A stretch of 64,000 bases of DNA, taken from Cetorhinus maximus (lineage: Eukaryota). A program made the translations under genes and the position numbers. Every line of letters starts with the position of its first letter. The stretch's first letter is position 1. Positions 35,620 through 49,425 of this stretch are shown here, piece after piece. Below the pieces are notes generated by a model. The model saw nothing but the letters and a program-made list of their open reading frames with translations, had not been told where the DNA came from and did no database searches. The stretch is from assembly GCF_964194155.1 (NCBI RefSeq), contig NC_135899.1, positions 52,390,001 to 52,454,000 of the forward strand, in the 5' to 3' direction.

Positions 35620-38600
35620 AGGTTGGGTGGGGGGTGATATGGTTGGGAGGGTTGCAGGGTAGCCAGGGTGGGGGCAGTGGGGTGTAATCGGGGGTGTGGG
35701 GAGTGCAGTCGGGTTGAGGGTGTAGTCGGGGGAGTGGGGAGGGCAGTCAGGGGAGTGGGGATGTAGTCGTGGGTTGGGGAGGGCAGTTGGGGGGTATTGG
35801 TGTGTAGTTGGGGGGTGGGAGGGGTAGTTGGGGGTGGGGAGGGCTGTCGGGGGTGAGGGCAGCAATGGGGTGGGGTGAAGTTAGGGGGTGGTGAAGGCAG
35901 TCGGTGGGTGGAGAGGGCTGTTGGGATGAGGTTGCAGTCTGGGGGATGGGGAGGGCAGTCAGGGTGGATGTGTAGTTGGGAGTGTGGGGAACGCAGTTGG
36001 TGGGGTGGGGAGCGTAGGGTTGTAGTAAGGGGTTGTAGAAGATCCCCTAGGAAACAGTGACCATAACGTGGTACAATTTAGCATTCAGTTTGAGTGAGAA
36101 ACTTAGGTCGGAAACAAATGTGCTGAACTTAAGTAAGGGTAATCACAAGGAAATGAGGGCAGAGTTGGCTGGAGTGGACTGGGAAAGGAGCTTAGCAGAA
36201 AAGGCAGTTGATGAACAATGGCAGACGTTTAAGAAAATAGTTCATGACTCTCAACAAAGATATATCCCAGTGAGGAAGAAGGATACTAGGAAGAGGGTAA
36301 ACCAACCATGGTTAACCAAGGAAGTTAAGGATAGTATCAAATTGAAAGAAAAAACATACAATGTGGCAGAGATTAGTGGTAAGCCAGAGGATTGGGAAAG
36401 TTTTAAAAACCAACAAAAGATGACCAAACAGACAATAAAGAGGGAGAAAATAAACTTTGAGGGCAAACTAGCAAGCAATATAAAAATGGACAGTAAAAGC
36501 TTCTTTAAATATATAAAAAGGAAGGGAGAGGCCAAAGTGAACATAGGCCCCTTAGAGAATGAAGCTGGGGAAATAATAATGGGGAACGAGGAAATTTCAG
36601 AGGCATTGAATAAATACTTTGTATCAGTCTTCATGGTAGAAGACACTAATAGCATTCCAAAAATACTAAATAATCAAGGGGCAAAAGTGGGGGGATGTGG
36701 GGGAGGAAATAAATACAATAACTATCACTAGAGAAAAAGTACTAGGGAAACTAATGGGGCTAAAGGCCGATAAGTCCCCTCGACCTGATGGGTTGCACCC
36801 TAGGATATTGAAGGAAGTAGCTGCAGAGATAATGGATGCACTGGAAGTAATCTTTCAAGAATTCTTAGATTCTGGAAAACTCCCAGAGGATTGGAAAACT
36901 GCGAATGTAACACCTTTATTCAAAAATGGAGGGAGACAAAAAAACAAGTAACTAAAGACCAGTTAGCTTAATGTCTGTCATTGGGAAAATGTTAGGGTCT
37001 ATTATAAAGAATGCAATGACAGATCATTTAGAAATGCATAATATAATCAAGCAGAGTCAGCATGGCTTCATGAAGAGCAAATGTATTAGAATTCTTTGAG
37101 GAGGTAACAAGCAGGATAGATAAAGGGGAACCAGTAGATGTAATATATTTGGATTTCCAAAAGGCATTTGATAAGATACTGCACATATGGCTACTTAAAA
37201 AGACAAGAGCCCATGGTGTTGGGGGTAATATATTAGCATGGACAGAGGATTGGCTAACTAATAGAAGACAGAGAGTTGGGATAAGGCATTTTCAGGATGT
37301 CAATCTGTACCAAGTGGACTGCCAGAGGGATCAGTGCTGGGGCCACAATTATTTACAATATAAATGACTTGGATGAAGGAAATGAATGTACTATCACCAA
37401 GTTTGCGGATGACACAAAAATAGGTAGGAAGGCAAGTGGTGAGGACGACATAAAGAGTCTACAGAGGGATATAGACGGATTTAGGAAGTGGGCAAAAACT
37501 TGGCAAATGGAATATAGGCCAGGATTTTTTAGTCGGTGTATGGGGGCTAGCCTGACATGCCGTGCGTAAAATGACACGCGCTGACATCGGGTGTGCGTCC
37601 CGACGTCATCATACCGTTTTGCGATGTTTCTTTTGGTGGGTGCGCGCCAGCCGATAATTACAAGGCCTGTTAAGGCCATTAAGGAACTAATTAATTCCAA
37701 TTTGACGCTGCCCTTCCAACCTAATGGTTGGTGGGCAGGCGAAAAGGCCAAGTGGCCTTTACGTTTTTAGGAAACCTCATCCATGAGCGGGATGAGGTTT
37801 CCTAAAGCTTTAACAAATTGAGTTAAAACATTTTCTGAAATATAAAAACATGTCCCATCTCATGTGACACAGTCACATGACGGGACATGTTTCATTAATT
37901 TTTTATTCCATTAATTTATTAATTTCAAAGGTGCCTCAATCTCCCTGAGGCAGCTCCGTGTGCGGAAGAGCACTGGCTCTGGCTCTCCCTCCTCCCCCCG
38001 CCTGCACAGGTAGCGCTACCGCTCGCATTTTACACTGGGCAGGCCTTAATTGGCCTGCCCGCATGAAATGGCAGTGTGGAGCCTTAGGAGCTTTGGTCTC
38101 CTTATCTAAGGAAAGATATACTGGCATTGGAGGCAGCCCAGAAAAGGTTCAGTAGGTTGATCCTGGGTATGGAGGGATTTTCTTATGAGGAGAGGTTGGG
38201 TTGGTTGGACCTGTACTCATTGAAGTTTAGAAGAATGAGAGGCAAACTTAATGAAACAGATAAGATTCTTAGGGGGCTTGACAGGGTAGATGCTGAGAGG
38301 TTGTTTCCCCTTCTGGGAGAGTCTAGGATCGGAGGGCATAATCTCAGAGTAAGGGATCGCCCATTTAAGACAGAGGTGAGGAGGAATTTCATCTCTGAGG
38401 GTGGTGAATCTGTGGAATTCTTTACCACAGAGGGCTGGAGAGGCTGGGTCGTTAAGTATATTCAAGGCTGAGTATTTTAATCAGTAAGGGAATTAAGGGC
38501 TATGGGGAAAAGGCAGGAAAGTGGAGTTGAGGATTATCAGGTCAGTCATGATCTCATTGAATGGCGGAGCAGGCTCGATGGGCCGAATGGCCTACTTCTA

Positions 38601-39475
38601 CTACGTCTTTTGGCCTTATACTCCGTTGAGGGTGTGGTGGGGAGGAAATTTGGGGGAGTGGATTTGTAGTCGAGGGAGTGGGGAGGGCAGTTGGGGGAAT
38701 GGGGTTGTAGTCCGGGTGGTGGTGAGGGCAGTCGGGGGCATTGGGGAGGGCAGTGGGGGGTGGTGTGTAGTTGGGTGGTGGGAGCAGTAGGGGGCCAGGG
38801 CTGTAGTCAGGGGCTAGGGAAGGCAGTTGGGATAGGAGTGTGGTTGGGCTGGGGAAGGCAATCTTGGGGTGAGGGTGTAGTTGGGGTATTGGGGAGAGCA
38901 GTGAGGGGGTTGGGAGGGCAGTCCGGGTGGGGGTTTACTTGGGGGGTGAGGAGGGCCATCTGGGGGGTGGGGGTGTAGTTGGGCTGGGGAGGGCTGTTGG
39001 GGAGTGGGGGTGTAGTCGGGACGTTGGAGGGCAGTCGGCGGGATGGGAGGGTTGCCGGGGTTTTAGTCAGGTGAGGAGGGCAGTCAGCGGGTGAGGATGT
39101 TTTTGGGGGGTATAGTCGGGGTTGGGAGCATAGTCGGGGGGTGAGGAGGGCAGTCAAGGGTGGGGTGTGGTTGAGGTATGGGGAGGGTAGTTGGGGGATG
39201 AGGGTGTAGTTGGGGTGTAGTCTGGGGGGGTGGAGGTGTAGTCAGGAGGTAGGGAACACAGTCGGGTTGTGAGGAGGGCAGATGGGGCTGGGTGTATAGT
39301 TGGGGGAGGGGGTCCCACGAGTGTTCGGTGTTTGGGGCTGTGCTCAGGGAGGAGGGGGTTCTGTGGGGGATTGGTGTGGTGGGTGTCAGGGGCTAATGGG
39401 TGGAGTCCTGTAGCTTGTAAGGGGATTGCAGGTGTGTGGGGGGGGCTGCAATCCCGAGGTAGGGACAGTATGGGT
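35620..39475 (+). repeat. G-rich minisatellite (35620-36035 and 38625-39475) split by a CR1 insertion
   Basis: Degenerate units such as GGGTGTAGTCGGGGGTGGGGAGGGCAGT on both sides of the CR1. Confidence 0.85.
36038..38620 (+). mobile_element. Long CR1 ORF2 remnant with a nested MITE (37517-~38085)
   Basis: ORFs 36057-36731, 36697-36951 (DKSPRPDGLHPRILKE...PEDWKTANVTPLFK), [17 protein letters not shown] and the CR1 3' tail. Confidence 0.92.
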
Positions 39476-39744
39476 TAGAGCTATAGTTATCCTCAAGCTT
39501 GTAGTGGTTTTAATTCTTCTAACTTTTTCTGGGTAACTATTACTGTAACCCAGTCAGAATCATCTGAAGTTTGCGATTTAAATCGCATGATTGGATGTTT
39601 TGCAGTTAAGGGAAATTGGCCATCGGAGGTTTGCCCTTGTCCTAGGTGGTAGAGGTTGCGGGTTTGGAAGATGCTGTCGAAGGAGCCTTGGCGAGTAGTG
39701 ACATTGTTCACATTCTGTACTAGAACAAAACTTGCATCTAAATG

Positions 39745-40150
39745 TCAACTGTATCTCACTGGCAGGACTCTTGTCTCCAATACGATGGTTGGGGATTCAA
39801 GTCCTCTTCCAGAGATTTCAGCATAAAAGCAAGGTTGACACTTCAGTGTGGTTCTGAGGGAGTTTTGGCAGAGGTGCCTTCTTTTGGATGAAATGTTAAA
39901 CTAAGACCCCCTCTGCTCTGGCGACCTGTCAGAGATACCTTGACAGTAAGAGCAGGGGGGGTTCTTCATGGTGTCGTGGTCAATGTTGATCCTTCCACCA
40001 TGTTGGAATACAGATTATCTAGTCATTATTGTATTGCTGTTCATGTGACATTGCCCTCACACGACACTGGTTCCCTTTAAAAATATATAATTCGCTGTAA
40101 AGTGCTTTGGGACAGCCTGAGGTTACAAATAATGCTATATAAATTGCTGT
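39745..40150 (+). mobile_element. tRNA-headed SINE with L2-type tail (other copies ~17790-18105, 41075-41410, 42780-43320, 47020-48085, 58695-59060)
   Basis: B-box-like ggattcaagtcc, a shared central domain and tail ...gtaaagtgctttggga...ctatataaat. Resembles Deu-type shark SINEs. Confidence 0.65.
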
Positions 40151-40813
40151 AAAAATGTTATTAAAAATTGCTACATAAATGCAGGACTTCCTGTCTGTTT
40201 AAGCAGTGCTTTTACAAATGCAAACCAGTCAGAATTGTCCTAGGGTCTTGGAATTTAAGTTTAATCTGGGGACTGCTGCGAGCAACTCAGGAGAAAATTC
40301 AAAGGGTATTAAAAAAATTGTTTCTTCATTTTCTTTGATTACTTCCTGTACTGAGTTATAAAACTATTGAATGTCAAGAATTGGGGGCAGAGGAGGCTGC
40401 TGACATTCAAGAATCATCTAATCAAGTAAGGAAGAGTTTGTACCATTCAGCATGGGAAGACTGTTGGGCAAACAGTCTCACAATACAGAAGCAGTGGATG
40501 AATGGAGAGAGATGGTAGAGTGGGGTGCCATCAGCATATGGGCGGAAGCCAACTTTGTGTATTTGGATATCACCAAGGGGGCAGCATGCAGTTGAACAGA
40601 GCATGAGCCAAAGGTAATGGTTCAGAGGCTAGGGAGAAGCTAATCTTGAAGGCGAACACTCAACATAGCCAATAATGTACAGCAACAAACAGCAAGGCAT
40701 GTAACTGCTGAGGAAACAATGCTCAAACTGTAGAGTGCTCTGGTCAGACTCAATGCATTGCAAAAATGGGCTCGGGGGCAGCACTCATCTTTAGAATGGG
40801 ATGTCATCTTGTC

Positions 40814-42459
40814 TAATGATAGCTAAACTGCTGAATAGATATTGTTACTATTTTATAACACCCTGCACTCAGAATTTGTCTTGCACAAATATATCCAAAA
40901 TGAACAGCCACAATTCCTTCTAGGCATTGTAATTCAAATGACAGACATTCAAGTGTAAAGTTGTTGTGACTGATGGGGCAGTTTGCCAAGAGAGCGGGAA
41001 ATCTGATTCAAAGCCACGCTGACTGTTCCAAGCACTGATCAAACATTCCTTACCACATTTGGGTGTAACCCTGAAGACTTGAATACAAAATCTAGGGTGA
41101 CACTGTTGCAATACTGAGGGAGTGATGCACAGCTGAAAGTCCCATTTTTTGGATGAAACATTAAACCATCTGTCCACTCGGGTGGATGTAGAAGATTCCA
41201 TGGCACTGGAAGATGATCAGGGGAGTTTTCCCTCATTTTCTGGCCAATATTTAACCAGCATCATTAAAATGGAGTATCTGGTCATTATCACACTGCTATT
41301 TGTGGGACCTTGCTGTGCAAATTGGCAGCCATTTTCCTTCAGTACAACAGTGATTGCACTTCAAAAGTACTTCACTGGCTGTAAAGCTGAAGTCCCAAGG
41401 TTATGAAGGGCAAACTATATTAACAACAAAGGCAAATTTAGAGCTAATGCCAGTATGCTCTACACAAAGAAAGGTGATTAACATATGGAACAACTTCTGA
41501 GTAGTGGAATCATTTAAAAAACAATTGTGTGGAACTGAAGGTTCTTGGTGGATGGCTAAGCCAAGATGGGTCAACCATCCTTCCTTCCTAATCCATATTT
41601 ATCTTGAGATAAATCATTAAATATAGATCACTCTGGAGGACTGCTCTCAGTCTACTCTCCTGAACACAATAGTTCCACACTGCTCTCTCACGGGCAGAAT
41701 TTTATGGCCATGTTGTGGTGGGGGCAGGGCTGTAAAATGTGGTGAGCCGTTCAAAACTCCATTGACTTCAGCAGGGACTGAAGGTGGGTGGGGGGTGGGC
41801 AGTCAAATTCCTGGTCTTCTACTCCCCTCTCCCCAATCTATGAGTGTATTTTTGAATACCATCCAACTTTGAATCACAATACTTAAGTCACTTGGAAAAT
41901 AAAGGGAAGTTCCCCTGCAACAATTGATTTAAATAATTTAGTTTGCTGACTGCACGGTGGTTGGACATGTCAGGAGAGATTTTCCTCTAATTGCGCTTGG
42001 GCACAGAAGTTCCCTTGAACGCAACACTTGAAGGGCAATTGGGGGGTGGGGTTGGATGAGGAGGTTTAGGGTCACACACCAACATGGAGCCCACCACACT
42101 TCCTGCCCTTTAATCTAACCGATACAATAGCGGACAGCCTTCCGTACAGTGATGCAATCCTCGCCATCTAATTCTCCTCAGGTATTGTGTCCGGGTAGAT
42201 CCTTACACCCAAGTGGTAAGGAATGCTTGCTCAGTGCTCGGGACAGTCAGCGTGCCTTCGAATCAGATTTCCCGCTCTCTTGGCAAACTTCCCCATCAGT
42301 CACCACAATGACTTTGCACTTGAATGTCTTGTCATTTGAATTACAATGCCCGGGAGGAATTGCAACTGCTCATTTTGGATATATTTGTGAGGGGTAAATT
42401 CTGAGTGCAGGGTGTTATAAAATAGTAACAATATCTATTCAGCAGTTTAGCTATCATTA
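40814..42459. repeat. Inverted repeat pair 2 (arms 40814-41068 and 42203-42459)
   Basis: taatgatagctaaactgctgaatagatattgttac...gggtgtaa is the reverse complement of ttacaccc...gtaacaatatctattcagcagtttagctatcatta. Confidence 0.92.
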
Positions 42460-43679
42460 ACACCCCACTTGATTGATGCCAAGTCAAATTCAACTGCAGC
42501 CACAGTAGGCTATTTGTATTCATATCATTACATTGTCATTAGCTTTTCATTTGGTTTTCTTTTTGAGACACTCCTTGCAGTGTTCTGACAGGAAATGAAT
42601 AGTTACCTCTGGTGTTATTATTTATTTTTGAAGGCTTGTGGAAACTGTCTTCCAAGAAGTTGAGTTTATACATTTATCATACTGAGCTCTGGTCACTGTT
42701 GGGAAAATAGAATCCAGCTTTTGTGTTGCAGCAAAAGAAACAAACAAGATCTCAGTGGGAATTGACTTGGGTGGGCAAGAAAAAGAACTTGCATTTACAT
42801 AGCGCCTTTCACAATCTATGAACCTCCCAATGGCTTTACAAAAATGTGCAACCCGCTACAACAAGGAGAAGTCAAGACAAATAGCATTTATGGTGACACT
42901 AGACAAGCATGTGAGGGCGTAAAAAGGATATATTGATGGGGGTTGATGAAGAAGGGTAGGAGGAGGTGCGAGGGAGCATGATCATCAGCATAGATCTGTT
43001 CAGCTGAATGGCCTGCTTCTGTGCTGTAAATACTTAGTATTACAACCAGAGAAGTTTTTTTTTAAATGTAGTCATTGTTGTGAGGCAGGGAAACACAGCA
43101 GCTAACTTGGACACAGTAAGGTCTACAAAAAGCAATAAGATAAACGAACAGGTGATCTGGTTTAGGCATTTGTAATGGGACAAATTTAAGCCAGGACATT
43201 GGTAGCTGCCCCTGCTCTATGAATAATGCTGCAATATCTTTTCGGTTTAACCCCCTAACCAAAATACAGAACCTCCAACAATGTCCCACATGCCTTCAGT
43301 ACTGCACTGGAGTGTTAGCCTGTGCTCAAGCAAAAGAAATACTGCAGATGCTAGAAATCTGAAATAAAAACAGAAAATACTGTAAATACTCAGCAAGTCA
43401 AGCAGCATCTGTGGAGAGAGAAACAAAGTTAACTTTTTAGATTTGCCAAACCCTTATCCTGCTACCCTACCCTCATCCCAAGCCTCTCTGTTCTGTATTT
43501 CTGCTTTCAGCTACCCAAGAACTGCCACCTAGCCAGTCAGTGCAGCCTTATTATGAATGCCCAAGAGCTACACTTAACCTCATAACAAGAAGTACTGTGT
43601 TGACCTGACAATTGCAGTTCAGACACTAGCACCATGTGAACTTAAAAGGATAGTACAGCATGGGGATCGATACATTATG

Positions 43680-44400
43680 AGTCACTGGACATGAGTGGGC
43701 TGCAGCCTGGCCAGAGGGAAAGGATAGTTTGTGTACCAGCCCGCTGAAGGGCAAGGTCCCAGATTAGTTCTCTTGTAGAGGGCTCTGATGAGCACTTTGA
43801 TGAGGCGATGTACAGGAGATTGCTGATGGGCCTGCACACAGAGATCATGGTGCATTGGCAGGCCTGCCAGACAGGCTGCTGTCACTGTCATGGAGTATGG
43901 AGGAGTCCAGCTCCATCTTGTCACAGGGTTTTGTGCAAAACTTGGTGTCCATCCTTTCCAGCATGGAAGTGGTGGCCAACTCTATGGTAGCATTTGCAGA
44001 CCCAACCATGAAGCAATGCCTGGTGGCTGATGCCTCAGCTTCCATTATAGCACAAGAAGAAGACACCCAATGTCTGAGTGCTGTAGTGAAAGCTCAGACT
44101 GAGATTTCTGCTTGGTGCTATGCAAGACCAGCTTGGTGCCATTGAAGGCCAGATTGCTGCCACCATGTTTACACATATCAGTACTCAGCAGCAGTGACTC
44201 CATGGAGCACAATCCCATTGTCGTATCTCAGGATGACAGTAATCATGCTCCTAATGCTGCCAGCACGCCAGTCCCCCCGCTGTTATCTTTCAAAAGCCAG
44301 CTCAGACTACTGCTACCCATGCTGAGGTGACACAGTATGAAGCTGGGCCCACAAGGGCCAGAGCTGCTCAAGGTCACCCTGCAAGGCCATCCAGCAAAAT
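43680..44400 (+). mobile_element. Degenerate Harbinger accessory-gene (coiled-coil) fragment
   Basis: SMEESSSILSQGFVQNLVSILSSMEVVANSM resembles the 57014-57235 peptide. Confidence 0.45.
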
Positions 44401-45164
44401 TGCTGATCGCTAGTTTTCATTCACATTTGCTGTGTGTTGAATGGTACTTTCCATATCTTTTCAATTGTGATTCATCGTTATATGAATACAAAATTTCAGC
44501 AAATCAGGTGCATGTCTGACACATTTGCAGGAGCTACACAATATGATGAATTCTGACAGACAAAAGATCTGCTTGGCACAAAAACTTATATATAGATATA
44601 TATAGATAGATAGATATGTAGCCTCTATTTACAAAACCAAGGATGTTGTATGTTTTTTTAATAACTTGGTCGACTTGTCCACTCAACTTCAAAACACTTG
44701 TGTATATGAACCTCCAGGTGTTATAATCCAATTCAGCACCTGCTACAAAAGAGAGAAAAGATTGGATGTTTTTTCTATGCAAAGTGCTCGACCCCAAGAC
44801 CCCACATCTGGAAGATATAAAATGCTACTTTTTCAGAGATATCCATACTTCTCCATAGTATTTTTGGCTTGTTGAACTTTCTGTCTCATACCATAAAGGA
44901 AACTTGCAAACTCCCCAGTGTTGATCAATTGATCTTAAAGCAAGCGTGCTGTCCACATTGGCATGTGTCCTGACCCAGAGCCAATAAAGTAGCATATAGT
45001 CATTGTAGGCTACACAGATTCTATGCTATCCAAATCTGAGACACTAGAGTTAGGAACGTAGAAACACAGGAGGGCCATTTAGGCCCTCGAGCTTGCTCTG
45101 CTATCAATTAACTCAGGACTGATATGTCTCTTAACTCCATTCACTCATCTGTATCCCTTAATAG

Positions 45165-46606
45165 TGTCACAATGATGGAAATTGTGACTGAGTGAGATCT
45201 AACTATAACTTCACCAGTCAACCAAAAACCTATTTAACTGTTTAAAGAGGACCTTCTTTTTAAAAATATAAGAAAAGACACTGACCAAAGATGGCTATCA
45301 CCATCTGATGCCTGGTTGTAAGTTGACCACTTTTCTGGAAAGTTCCTATATGGAACTGAAAAGGCTGTGGGGTGACCTGATTGAGGTATACAAGATTATG
45401 AGGAGCCTAGATAGAATAGACAGGGATGCCCCATTTCCCCTAGCGGAGAGGTCAATTACCAGGGGGCACACATTTAAGGTGATTGGTAGAAGGATTAGAG
45501 GGACATGAGGAAAAACCTCTTCACCCAGATGGTGGTGGGTGTTTGGAATTTGTTGCCTGGTTTGGTTGGTGGAGGCAGAAACCCTCAACTCATTTAAAAG
45601 GCACCTGGATCTGCACCTAAAGTGCTTTAACCTACAAGGCTTCAGACTGGGTGCAGGAAGATGGGATTAGAATGGGCAGCTAGAGTTTTTTTCTTCTTTT
45701 TCGGCTGGCGCAGACATGATGGGCTGAATGGCCTCTTTCTGTGCTGCAACTTTTCTATGGGCACGATTGTGCAGTCCCACCAAAAGTCAATGGCTGCCAA
45801 ATCTCCTGTGTCAGGTCCGCCATGACTGGGTTGGAAAATCCTGGCTTGTGGTTCCGCTAACTTGAAATGTGTCAAAAGTTCCTGAGATGAAAGATCAAAA
45901 ATGCGATTACTTTTTCTACAACAATGACTGCAAGACCTGTTAATCAAATTTGTTCTTGAAATATACAGACAGGAGGCTTAAGAATTGATTTTGCTCAGCC
46001 AGAAATAGAGAGCAAATCAAAGTCACCTGGAAACACTGCTGAAGGGATCAGTAAGGAATCTCTCTCTCCCAAGCTAAAATTAACTCCAGCAAGGTGCAGT
46101 TACCTGAACTTCAATTCAACTCCAAGATTTTAAAGTAAACCTGTTAACTTCAAATGACCACAGCATGCAACCGACTATACCTCACTGACAAGCAAAGAAT
46201 TTAACCGTTTCTTCTTTTAACTTTTATTTGGACTTTAANNNNNNNNNNNNNNNNNNNNNNNNNNNNNNNNNNNNNNNNNNNNNNNNNNNNNNNNNNNNNN
46301 NNNNNNNNNNNNNNNNNNNNNNNNNNNNNNNNNNNNNNNNNNNNNNNNNNNNNNNNNNNNNNNNNNNNNNNNNNNNNNNNNNNNNNNNNNNNNNNNNNNN
46401 NNNAATTCTCTCAACTTTATCAAGTAATAAACTTACTCTTTCTTTGGCTCCAGAAAATCTGGTTTGATTAGCTCCTAATTAAAAGGCAAATACTTTTGGA
46501 TTGGAAAATGCATTTACGGGGAAAAGAAATTTTGAACAACCTTGCCACCAACTGAGGGAGCTGAGTAAAGGGAAGCCAGTTTCCTCCTCCCCACCCAGCC
46601 ATAACA
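45165..46606 (+). mobile_element. Solo LTR with 4-bp TSD, spanning an assembly gap and containing a CR1 piece
   Basis: ATAG-TGTCAC...CATAACA-ATAG, AATAAA near 46426, N-run at 46239-46403. Confidence 0.75.
46239..46403. other. Assembly gap (N run)
   Basis: 165 consecutive n. Confidence 1.
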
Positions 46607-47043
46607 ATAGTCTAACTAAACAAAAACCTATCAGTCAACACTTTTGGAATGAATTGCTTCATCCAGCACAATGGAACCCAGAAATAGAAAATGTGTAAGG
46701 AAAATAATCTAGATATACAAGGATATCAAGTTGGTAGTATGCATGCATCTTATTAAATATGCCATATGGAATACTTAATACAGAAAACACTTCCTGTAGT
46801 TCATCCTCAGATTTGAGTACAGAATTTATCTGTTATGCCTTTAGCAGAAAAAGTAGTTTATATTCATACCTTTCCTGAATAAAGTGGGTTTTTTGGGAAG
46901 TTTTTGATCAATGAAGATTTGCTCACCTCTATGCTGCAGCATGGATAAGCAGCAGATGGTGCTATTGCACTATGCTGGCAATACAACAGACTATCAATAA
47001 CAAGCCTGCTAGATCACAACAAAGAAACCTCATTTATATAGCT

Positions 47044-47652
47044 CGGTGGCTCTCAGACTTTTTCACCTGTGGACCATTTAGGCAGGGAAAAAGACCCTGT
47101 GGACCACCTACTTGCTGTATCCCACCCACTTTTGCTTGCCACTGCAAAAAATGCTCATCCGAATTAACACCTTATATAAACCAAAGATTTTTTGCTATTA
47201 AATGTAATGGATTTATGTGCATTATTTTTATATTAAATATCATAAATAAATTATTAATTCATACCAGAAACAAAAGTATGGACATTTTCATATTATAAAC
47301 ATTTACACTACTCGACAACACGTTTATTTCAAACATTCTAATATGTTATAACAGCATCAAAATAATTTTCTTCTGAGAAACTAATGCTTATCTCACATCT
47401 ATATGAATCAAACAAACTCAACAGTAACATAAAGCTTGCTTACAAAAATACATTGTTGTTGCTTGCACTTATGATGACTCAGGCCGTGCACATCGGAGCC
47501 AGTCTGGTTATGTAACATGACGTGAATGGTGAGGATGAGGATTCTGGTCTGTTTTCTGGTATAGCCTCAGCCGTGGTGTTGTGTGTCTTCCGTTTCAGGT
47601 CAGCCTGTGGGCCACCTGGAGGCCCCTCCGGACTGCACTTTGAGAACCATTG
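47044..47652. mobile_element. hAT-type non-autonomous DNA transposon nested in a SINE tail
   Basis: TIRs cggtggctctcaga and tttgagaaccattg, degenerate 8-bp flanks. Confidence 0.65.
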
Positions 47653-49425
47653 CTGTAGTGCTTTTCAGAGCTTCAGGACATCCCAAAGCATTTTGTAACC
47701 AATTAAGCTTTTTTGAAGTGTAGTCAGTGTTATAATGTAGGAAACACCGTACTGTAGCCAATCTGTGCTTTGGAAGGTCCCGCAGACAGCCTAGAGCTAA
47801 TGACCAGATAATTGTTTTTCAGTGATGCTGGCTGAAGGGTAAATGTTGGCGAGGGCATTGGAGAGAAGTCCTCTGCTTGTCTTTAAAATAATGTCATGGG
47901 ATCAGTACGTCCTGAGAGGGCAGGTGGAGTTCAACATCACCTGAAAGATAGCTAACAAATTCAGAATTCTCTCAGTATGACACCGAAGTGTCAGCCTACA
48001 TTATGATCTCAAGTCTCTGGAGTAAGATTTGCACCCAAAACCTGTGACTCAAAGCTGAAAGTGCTATCCACAAAGTGTGAGCTGACACCAAACTGAGTTC
48101 TTTAATAACAATTCTAATGTAGAGGGAAGTGAAAAAAACATTCCTGAAATAAATTTATTTCAGATTTCCAGCATCCACAGTATTTTGCTCTTATCCCTAA
48201 AATAAAGAGTGGTTAATAAAATTAAAGAATCATATGAATGTTTATGGTGAGGAAAGTACTGCAAGTATTCCAAAGTAAAACATGGCTCTGATTAGATTGA
48301 GATTAAACCTCCTGTTCTGCCCCAATCATATTCCTCAATATTAATTCTTGGAGAAGCACCTCCACTTTATCATTTCTTACACCAGTGCTTATAGCCTTGC
48401 CTGGAAATGAATTATCAACAGTTCTGTGGTCGTGGGTGCAAGTCCACACGGGATTAGGTTGAGACTTTTCTCCTGTGGCATAGATATGCTGCCATTTCTT
48501 TTTAAAAAGGAGACAATAGGGAGCGCATTGTAGAAATAAATGGAACTGCATCATTTGAGATTTTCAGTTGAGTTTCACAAATTTAAGCACCAAGGAGAAG
48601 ATGGCATGGAAACTAATGAGGCATTAATCTTTCAGAAAGCTGCACAGTTAAGCTGCATAGGGATTGACTACTGAAGTGAATTTTATTGTTGCCTTTGTGA
48701 TAATTCACATAGTGAAAACAGGTAACAGATGGCTGGGATGGGATGGCTGGAGCGGCTTATACATTGGGCTTGATATTGATCAGAGACAGACAGACACTAA
48801 ACACATGCTGCTGGCATGTGTGCCAATTCCCTGGCTCCCTCCTGCCCCGGGCCATTTTTGCAGAGGTGGGATGCGGGTAGTCGATTGGACTTGTTAACGG
48901 CCACTTATAGTCAGTTGGAGGAGGTGGACTGGGATTTTCCAGTCAGTCTTCAGCTTCCCACAGATGGCAGGGGGTAGTTCAGCTGCCTGGAGGTGGCCTC
49001 CCGGTGGTAGATCAGGGACAGAACTCCAGCCAAGCCGAGAGACCCTCCCTGCCTGCCTGGGTGCTGCAGCAGCAGCACGCCACTTCCCATCTCAGCCTCC
49101 CCACCCCTCCCCACCCCACCTCAGTGGTGGCCTAGCTGTAAAACCCATTTTTAAGTTATAAATTTGAAAAGTTGGAGAGAGCGTGCTTCCATGTGAAGTG
49201 TCCTCTCCCTCAATTGCCTTCCATTGCAGCCTCCAACTTCGAGAGCCTGCCCACTGTCCTTAAATGGATGGCAAGCTCAACCTCTGGCCATTAATTGCAG
49301 AGTGACTAACCCCCCAGGATTTTCCAGAACCGTCCGGTAATTTAGCCTCTTGTTCCGTATCCCGGGTCAGGCCTTCCCGGGATGTATTTTCCCCTGATTT
49401 TTCTGTCACGGATTTCAATTGCAGG

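Noticed and set aside
46228-46467. Poly-X ORFs
   Set aside because: Artefacts of the N gap.
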